Under the pieces are notes generated by a model. The model was not told the origin of the DNA. It was given only the letters and a program-made list of their open reading frames with translations, and made no database searches. Below are positions 54,594-64,000 of a stretch of DNA of 64,000 nt, piece by piece (the first letter of the stretch is position 1; every line of letters starts with the position of its first letter). The stretch lies in the NCBI GenBank assembly GCA_012295275.1, contig CM022676.1:2356001-2420000 (forward strand), written 5' to 3'. A program made the translations under genes and the position numbers. Source of the DNA: Chrysomallon squamiferum (lineage: Eukaryota; Animalia; Mollusca).

Positions 54594-57500
54594 GTGAGTT
54601 TTACTTTATTTGTTTTTGTTTATGTCTAAATAACTATAACACTTGTCTTTCACAGACATATCGATGAGACGATGAAGTATTTTATAAATAGGTTTTTGAA
54701 CTGATTTCTTTTTTATCTGTTAGTGTTGGGTGTCTTATATTTATAGTTTGCGATGTTTGTGATGTAATTTTAGCTGAGTATTTTTACCGGAATTTATCTG
54801 TATAATGCGATGTTATCTGACTGATGTTTCAATATATATTCATGTATGTGCGTGTGTATGTGTGTGTATGTGTGTATGTGTGTCTGGTGTATCGACAAGA
54901 CAAGGAAGTATTATATAAAGAGGTTTTACAAGTGATTTTAATTTTGTGTCAGTTCACTGTTGGGTGGTCTTATATTTATAGTTCTCGCGTGGTTGCTATA
55001 TTTTTATAGATGAGTGTCTTTATCAAAATATATCTGTTTAATATACACGGATGTTATCTGCATCATGTACATTTTCTGTATACATGGGTAATGTATCTGT
55101 GAGAGAGAGAGCGAGACAGAGAGAGAGAAAGAGGGAGAGAGAGAACCTACATGACGCAAAGTGTAATATGTATATATGTATAGTTTAGATTTGAAATGTA
55201 TGTGTAAACATGTCCACAATAATCAGTTATTTTATTAGCAAGTTTGACATTGACTTCAAAATCTAGGCTTGAGTTTTGATCTCTAACGAAATCCAGGAAG
55301 TGTTTCATTAACAAATGTAACAGCTCAGTTTTACTTATCGTTCTCTTTTATCTAATTGTTACCATCTAATATACATGCGGTCTCGTCTATACATTTGTTG
55401 AGAAGTATTAGTGATTTTGTTTTCTCTGAATGCTACGTCAAAAATTATTTCTTTACATAACCTTAAGGTCAGAAATATTTGAAATATGAACCGTAATGAG
55501 TAAGTTAACGTGGACAATTTCAATTATTTCCTTGTCGGATAATGAATAGTTAATTAATGAATATGTTTAAGATATAAATAATGATGATGAAAAGCATGTT
55601 GATTAGATTTTGAAGTGGTTTGTTTAAACATGTTTCTTTACAGCCCACAATCAGCCCACGTCCTATTTAAGTAAAATAAATAAAGAAAGAAAGAAAGAAA
55701 GAAAGAAGGAAAGAAAAAGTTATAAAAGTTTTTTTTTCATTTCCCTTTCTGATGACACGCTCTGATCGTTCTTTTACACGTGTTTTTTTATTTAATGTAT
55801 TATTTTACATAGTTTCAGTTCCGTTTCATTAATTCATTAATTTTTATTTATATTGTTAATTTTTAATTATTCTTCTTAGTGATTTAATTGGTGCATCTTT
55901 ACATTAACTATGTTTTTCTTATTCAGCTGGAAAACTTAAATCTCTACCATTTAAGAAATATTAAATTTAATTTTAATTAAACAAAATATCCTCACCTTAC
56001 CATTAAAACTTGTTTTAAATTGAATTAACATAACGTTACTCTGAAGATTTTTTAAAATATTGATCATATTATGATCATCATTTTAAAGATTTTCAATTCT
56101 TGTTTGCTTTTTTAAAAAACAAACTAGCAAAATTACAAATTCCGTGTGATGTTGGTTTTTTTGGAATGTGTGTTTTAATGTGAAATTTGAACTATGGATA
56201 GGACATTGTTATTTATGCTGAGATTTGAAATTGTTTAACAGTGGACAACAGTCATTAGTTATAATATTTTTAAAACATAAATAAATTATACATATAAAAG
56301 TAATCTCTTTTCTGTTTTAATGGTAAGGTGAGGATATTTTGTTTAATTAAAATTAAATTTAATATTTCTTAAATGGTAGAGATTTAAGTTTTCCAGCTGA
56401 ATAAGAAAAACATAGTTAATGTAAAGATGCACCAATTAAATCACTAAGAAGAATAATTAAAAATTAACAATATAAATAAAAATTAATGAATTAATGAAAC
56501 GGAACTGAAACTATGTAAAATAATACATTAAATAAAAAAACACGTGTAAAAGAACGATCAGAGCGTGTCATCAGAAAGGGAAATGAAAAAAAAACTTTTA
56601 TAACTTTTTCTTTCCTTCTTTCTTTCTTTCTTTCTTTCTTTATTTATTTTACTTAAATAGGACGTGGGCTGATTGTGGGCTGTAAAGAAACATGTTTAAA
56701 CAAACCACTTCAAAATCTAATCAACATGCTTTTCATCATCATTATTTATATCTTAAACATATTCATTAATTAACTATTCATTATCCGACAAGGAAATAAT
56801 TGAAATTGTCCACGTTAACTTACTCATTACGGTTCATATTTCAAATATTTCTGACCTTAAGATTATGTAAAGAAAGAATTTTTGACGTAGGATTCAGTGA
56901 AAACAAAATCACTAATACTTCTCAACAAATGTAGAGACGAGACCGCATGTATATTAGATGGTAACAATTAGATAAAAGAGAACGATAAGTAAAACTGAGC
57001 TGTTACATTTGTTAATGAAACACTTCCTGGATTTCGTTAGAGATCAAAACTCAAGCCTAGATTTTGAAGTCAATGTCAAACTTGTTAATAAAATAACTGA
57101 TTATTGTGGACATGTTTACACATACATTTCAAATCTAAACTATACATATATACATATTACACTTTGCGTCATGTAGGTTCTCTCTCTCCCTCTTTCTCTC
57201 TCTCTGTCTCGCTCTCTCTCTCACAGATACATTACCCATGTATACAGAAAATGTACATGATGCAGATAACATCCGTGTATATTAAACAGATATATTTTGA
57301 TAAAGACACTCATCTATAAAAATATAGCAACCACGCGAGAACTATAAATATAAGACCACCCAACAGTGAACTGACAAAAAATTAAAATCACTTGTAAAAC
57401 CTCTTTATATAATACTTCCTTGTCTTGTCGATACACCAGACACACATACACACATACACACACATACACACGCACATACATGAATATATATTGAAACATC

Positions 57501-57729
57501 AGTCAGATAACATCGCATTATACAGATAAATTCCGGTAAAAATACTCAGCTAAAATTACATCACAAACATCGCAAACTATAAATATAAGACACCCAACAC
57601 TAACAGATAAAAAAGAAATCAGTTCAAAAACCTATTTATAAAATACTTCATCGTCTCATCGATATGTCTGTGAAAGACAAGTGTTATAGTTATTTAGACA
57701 TAAACAAAAACAAATAAAGTAAAACTCAC

Positions 57730-57784
57730 CAGTTGAAGTCAATGTTAAACTTGTTAATAAAATGACAGTGATTACTGTGGACAT
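57730..57784 (-). CDS. Outer leader exon (mirror of 54539)
   Basis: Intact 55-nt leader. Confidence 0.7.
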
Positions 57785-58634
57785 GGTTAAACAATCTAAG
57801 AACAACGGAGAAGAAGACGTGTAACAGCGAGCTAGATCCTAGTTGCTTTGTACAGGGTGTAAATTACGGGTTATGTGACCGTGACATAAAGAATCTATAC
57901 TCTCTGTGATTGTTGTTTCCTCTAGTCTAATGTAAAATTTAACAAATAAAATATACTATGTATGCACTGACTTAGTTTTTTTTAAAGCATTTTTGTAGCT
58001 TGATATATTTTTTTTTAATTAAAAAGGTTAAATATAGAACATTACCTTTGCTAGTTGAATAATTAAAGCACTGAGTTTAACCTAATTGAGTTAAATGAAT
58101 AAATTTCTGATATGTATTTATTTGATAACAATAATGTAGTTTTGATCTAATCAACTAGGTGATTTGTATTTTATTAGATATAAACAATATGTAAGTAAAC
58201 TTCATGAATAAAAAATATATCACAATTTGAGCGTCTCAGTCTCTGTTTCACAATATAAACAGCGTTGTTCGTTAGCACAATCAAATTACACTAAATGTAA
58301 AATATACGTGCTCACCCGAAACAGAAATCAAAGTCTCCTTGTTACAAACAAAATTAAACTTACTTGAATTTCAGTGGGAAACCAACAAAAATTAAAAATA
58401 AAGATTATCAGTTACGTAATCGAATAAGCTGGTTTCTACAACAAATGGCACAACATACAGATTAACAAGTTGATACTGGACATAAAAACGTAATAATAGC
58501 TGCTATTTTCTTCCATTAAATCATTTCAGTTCAGTTGCCTTTTTAAAACAATTTTGTTATACGTTACACATAACAATGGTTTGTTCCATACAGCAATGAT
58601 TTTCATTCTGAAACCAATTAAAATTAAACCTTAC

Positions 58635-58967
58635 TTTGAGTATTGATGGTAAAGTTTGCAGAATACAGCTCCTTGTTACCCACAATGCATCTGAACATTC
58701 GTGCGTTGTCATTGAGAGATACAGTGTGAGTTAAAACAGAACTTCCTCTGTTCTCACACCCAGATAGTCTAGGTGGGTCATATTTGATTTTGTCTGTGTA
58801 TGGATACGACATCCACTTCATGTCACTAGCGTACTTCCACTGCCACAACCACGACTCTGCTGGGTTACCAACATTTCCATTACACCTGAACTCTACAGTT
58901 TCATTGACAACGTAGGGGCTGAACTCCTTTCTTGGTGTAACGATCATTTCAATTTCACCTGGCTTTG
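58635..58967 (-). CDS. Intact C2/I-like Ig exon (unit H)
   Basis: 333 nt, appears identical to 53351-53683. Confidence 0.9.
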
Positions 58968-59037
58968 CTGAAACAGATAAATACACGAAATAAATAAACA
59001 CTGCGTTTTTTCTGTAATTTTTCAGTAATTTAAGTTA

Positions 59038-59089
<52 letters not shown>

Positions 59090-59463
59090 TAGATAGATAG
59101 ATAGATGAATTTTGAATTAAATACAAATATACTTTTTTCGAATAATTTTGAAAAGTAATTGTTTGTGTTGAACATTTTCTTTCTCGGTTATTGACTTAGA
59201 TATTTTTACACAAGTACAAATAACAGACGTAAAATACATAAACGTTTCACTTTATCTGAAATGGCATCTTCACTTACTTTCTCTAGTAATGTTCTATTAT
59301 CAGTAATAGAACAAGTTAATTCACCCAAATACGTCAACAACTAATATTATATATAACCAAGTTTTAACTTCCTTTCGTTGGTAAAGTTATATAATCAACA
59401 ACAACAGAAATGAAATTCCTAAATGCACCACAACTCATAAAAAAAAATCATATTTTCACTTAC

Positions 59464-59865
59464 TTAGAATGGTGATGTTATCAGAACTTTCAGAGAAATG
59501 TGGACTACCATCAAGTGGGTAATAGCCAATTCCACAGAAATATTCTCCTGAATCACTGCAAGTCATTCCTGTCAGTTGAATCTGGACAAAAGATCCTGAT
59601 TTGTCATTGTTGTCAGACTTTCCTATCACTGTCGGTCTAGATCCAAAGTGGTTTACATCTTTTAAAACAGCTTTACCTCCATTCTTTAGAGTGATAGCAG
59701 AAGCTATCGTAACACTAGTACTGGGATTGCTGAGAAGTCTTCTGCTCACTGATACAGAATTAAGTACATCAACCTGACTGATGATGTTACCAAGACTACA
59801 TCTGACTGTGACAGGAACTCCTTCATAAACAGGACGTGGGCTGATTGTCAGTTGTGCGGCTTCAC
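59464..59865 (-). CDS. V-type Ig domain exon (unit H)
   Basis: 402 nt, open. Differs from unit G at RPTVIGK and YYPLDG. Confidence 0.9.
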
Positions 59866-60914
59866 CTGTAAGTAAACATGTACAAAGAAATAACTCAAAA
59901 ATATAGTAAACGTTTCCATTGTCAATGTTATATATTTCTTAATCTGCATAATACGTTTATCATATAAATCAGAAGAAAACATTTAATTTTAATTTAAAGA
60001 GTTTGCTTCCATATTTCAAATATTTCATCACATAATGTACCGAAACTGAAGAATTTTTTAAAGTTAAATTCATAGAATAAAAGATTAGTAATGTATTTAA
60101 ATAAATTTAAAGCACTAAATTTGAAAAAAGAAAAAATTGAAACAATAATATTCTCAAGAGATTGTTTAAAATGCAAAAGGCTAATAACAGAATAAAAACA
60201 TTTTTCGAAAAAAAATGTAAATGAAAACATAGTATTTAAGAGGAAAGTATAATGGACGAGAGTAATATGATTATATTTCCACACACGCCGATACAATCAG
60301 AGAGATAGAGAAAAGGACAGACAGACAGAGAGACACAGCCATGCACACAATACAAATATATTTCACATATATTTTAAAAATATATTATATAATGTAACGG
60401 TCTGAATGTTGGTATAAATATACTGCAATATCAGTCAGATAACATCGCATATACCTGAAGCAGATACATTTTGATAGAGATAATCAGCTACAAATATAAC
60501 ACAATCATTCCAGAACTAAAAATATATGGCACCCAACACTGCACTTATCCAAACTAAAAATCATTTATAAACCTGTTTATAAAATACTTCCTGGTCTAGT
60601 CAATATGTAATATGTCAATATACAATAGTAATACAAAAGTCAATGTTAAACTGGTAAACAAAATATACAGAAACCCACCCAGACATCCAAACACACACAC
60701 ACAAAAAACACAACACACACACACACACACACACATCCACTCACGTGTATATGATATGCATTACATACAATCAGTTACATAAAATAGAATGATAAATAAA
60801 ATTAATTTGTTAAACGCATTAATAAAAAAAAAAGGCACTTCCTGTATTTCTCGATAGATCAAAACCGAAGACTTGTATTTAGAGATAAACAAATACAAAT
60901 TAAGTAAAACTCAC

Positions 60915-60969
60915 CAGTTGAAGTCAGTGTTAAACTTGTTAATAAAATAACAGTGATTACTGTGGACAT
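60915..60969 (-). CDS. Inner leader exon (unit H)
   Basis: MSTVITVILLTSLTLTST+G, gtgagt donor. Confidence 0.85.
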
Positions 60970-62519
60970 GGTTAAACAATCTAAGAACAACGGAAATGAA
61001 GAAATGTAACAGCGAGCTACTCCCTAGTTACTTTGTACAGGTTGTAAATTATGGGTCACGTGACCAGTGAGATAAAGAAACTACACCCTCTGTGAATCTT
61101 GTCTCCCCTCTTCTACCGAAAATTTCACAAATTAAATCGGCTATTTAATCATGAGTTAGTTTTAAAACATTAATTAGTCTTGATAAACTGTTGAATGGTG
61201 CGGACATTCTGATATACTTGTTAGACACACAACAGAAGATGATATTGTCTTATTTTAAACAGAGGGCGCTAGTCACACTCTGGATGAAAGCAGATACAAA
61301 ACAACATGAAAATGAAGGAGAGAAGAAAACCAAAGGAAAGAAAGAAGAACGTTAAAGCAAGAAGAAACAGAAAAGAGATTACTTTTATATGTATAATTTA
61401 TTTATGTTTTAAAAATATTATAGCTAATGACTGTTGTCCACTGTTAAACAATTTCAAATCTCAGTATAAATAACAATGTCCTATCCATAGTTCAAATTTA
61501 TTTTAAAACACACATTCCAAAAAAAAGAAAATCACGTGGAATTTGTTGTTTCGCTAGTTTGTTTTTTAAAAAAGCAATCAAGAATTGAAAATCTTTATAA
61601 TGCTGATCATAATATGATCAATATTTTAAAAAATCTTCAGAGTAGCGTTATGTTAATTCAATTTAAAACAAGCTTTTATGGTATGGTGAGGATATTTTGT
61701 TTAATTAAAATTAAATTTAATATTTCTTAAATGGTAGAGATTTAAGTTTTCCAGCTGAATAAGAAAAACATAGTTAATGTAAAGATGCACCAATTAAATC
61801 ACTAAGAAGAATAAGTAAAAATTATAAATATAAATAAAAATTAGTGAATTAATGAAACGGAACAAAAACTATGTAAAATAATACATTAAATAAAAAACAC
61901 ACATAAAAGAACGATCAGAGCGTCTCAGTAAGGGAAATAAAAAAAGCTTTTATAACTTTTTCTTTCTTTCTTTCTTTCTTTCTTGATTTATTTATTATTT
62001 TACTTAAGTAGGACGTGGGCTGATTGTCAGCTGTAAATAAACATGTTTAAACAAACCACTTCAAAATCTAATAAACATGCTTTTCATCATCATTATTTAT
62101 TTTTTAAACATATTCATTAATTAACTATTCATTATCCGACTAGGAAATAATTGAAATTGTCCACGTTATCTTACTCATTACGGTTCATATTTCAAATATG
62201 TCTGACTTAAGATTATGTAAAGAAATAATTTTTGACGTAGGATTCAGTGAAAACAAAATCACTAATAGATCTCAACAAATGTATAGACGAGACCGCACGT
62301 ATATTACATAGTAACAATTAGATAAAAGAGAATGATAAGTAAAAGTGAGCTGTTACATTTGTTTATGAAACACTTCCTCAATTGCATTATAGATCAAAAC
62401 TCAAGCCTAGGTTTTGAAGTCAATGTCAAACTTGTTAATAAAATAACAGATTATTGTGGACATGTTTACACATACATTTTAAATCTAAACTATATATGTA
62501 TTACACTTTGCGTCATGTA

Positions 62520-62607
<88 letters not shown>

Positions 62608-62820
62608 ATACATACATTACAGATGTATACATACAATGCACATCATGCAGATAACATCGCACGTATATTACACAGATACAGTTTGATAAAGACAATCAGC
62701 TATAAATATATAACAACCACGCGAGAACTATAAATATCAGACCACCCAACAGTGAACTGACAAATTAAAATCACTTGGAAAACCTCTTTATATAATACTT
62801 CCTGGTCTAGTCGAAATACA

Positions 62821-62879
<59 letters not shown>

Positions 62880-63141
62880 ACACACATGAATATATATTGC
62901 AACATCAGTCAGATAAGATCGTATGTACATTACACAGATACACTCCGATAAAAATACTCAGCTAAAATGACATCACAAACATCGCGAACTATAAATATAA
63001 GACACCCAACACTAACAGATAAAAAGGAAATGAGTTCAAAAACCTGTTTATAAAATACTTCATCGTCTCATCGACATGTCTGTGAAAGACAAGTGTTATA
63101 GTTATTAAGACATAAACAAAAACAAATAAAGTAAAACTCAC

Positions 63142-63196
63142 CAGTTGAAGTCAGTGTTAAAGTTGTTAATAAAATAACAGTGATTACTGTGGACAT
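63142..63196 (-). CDS. Outer leader exon (unit H)
   Basis: MSTVITVILLTTLTLTST+G, gtgagt donor. Confidence 0.8.
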
Positions 63197-63776
63197 GGTT
63201 AAAAAATCTAACAACGGGAAAGAAGACGTGTAACAGCGAGCTAGATCCTAGTTGCTTTGTACAGGATGTAAATTACGGGTCATGTGACCGGTGACATAAA
63301 GAAACTATACCCTCTGTGATTGTTGTCTCCCCTAGTCTACTGTACAATCTAAGAAATAAAATCTGCGATTAAAGCACTGACTTAGTTTTTTTAACTGTAA
63401 ATAATCTTTATAAACTGTTGAATGGTCTGCACATATCGAGACAGTTGTTGCACACTCAACAGGAGATGTTATTGTTTTATTTTAAATACAAGGCGCTAGT
63501 CAAGCACTGGAAGAAAGCAGATACGAAATAACATGAAAATGAAAGAGAACACACAAATGGAAGGAGAGAAGAAAGTATAAGAAAGGAAAAAGAGAAGAAA
63601 ACAGAATTTAGAACATGTAATCTATTTATGCTTTATAAATATTACAAATAATTACTTTTGTCCACTGTTAAAGATTTTCCTGTCTAATTATAAATAAAAA
63701 TGTCACAATTTGTAAAACATTTCACATTAACAAGACTTTAAGATTAAATTTATTAAATGACAACAACAACAAAAAA

Positions 63777-63828
<52 letters not shown>

Positions 63829-64000
63829 TTAATAAGAAGAAGCAGAAGAAGAAGAAGAAGAAGAAGAAGAAATAAATAAAAAAGTAAAGTAAATGCACTT
63901 CACAGGTACTGATAGTATAAAAATATTAAAAGTAAGATTTTATTAATTCGTATAAATAAAGGTTGCTTTCATTTTAGTAGCTTGATATTTCATTTAAAAT

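Larger units (their letters stand above)
50032..56009 (+). repeat. Left arm of a ~6-kb inverted duplication
   Basis: Reverse complement of 56314-62378. Mirror ORFs in the track, e.g. 53317+/58624-, 52595+/59456-, 50672-/61536+. Confidence 0.92.
56314..62378 (-). repeat. Right arm of a ~6-kb inverted duplication
   Basis: Starts gttttaatggtaaggtgagg, the reverse complement of the sequence ending at 56009. 304-bp spacer. Confidence 0.92.

Overview
AT-rich, microsatellite-rich animal genomic DNA with GT-AG introns and one 200-N gap. The Ig and lectin motifs look molluscan or lophotrochozoan, but that is inference. Most ORF-track entries are microsatellite artefacts. The real content is a heavily duplicated cluster of immunoglobulin-superfamily genes built from phase-1 exons: a 55-nt signal-peptide leader (MSTVITVILLTSLTLTSTG, 10 intact copies), a 402-nt V-type Ig exon (5 intact, 1 truncated) and a 333-nt C2/I-like Ig exon (2 intact, 1 cut by the window edge, 5 frameshifted or partial). 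Copies lie on both strands and include a ~6 kb-armed fold-back palindrome (50032-56009 / 56314-62378). V-domain differences concentrate in the BC and FG loops. Different copies carry different 3' ends: a short secretory exon, stalk plus single TM plus Tyr-bearing tail exons, a tailless TM, and possibly an intact three-TM exon cassette (31242-29362) that the ORF track misses. Also present are a C-type lectin pseudogene abutting an Ig exon, an orphan unrelated leader exon, a ~7 kb satellite of ~400-bp monomers, and hAT, MULE and possible pogo and SINE remnants. All gene models were read by eye from splice signals and phase and have no transcript support. I saw no sign of V(D)J-type rearrangement.
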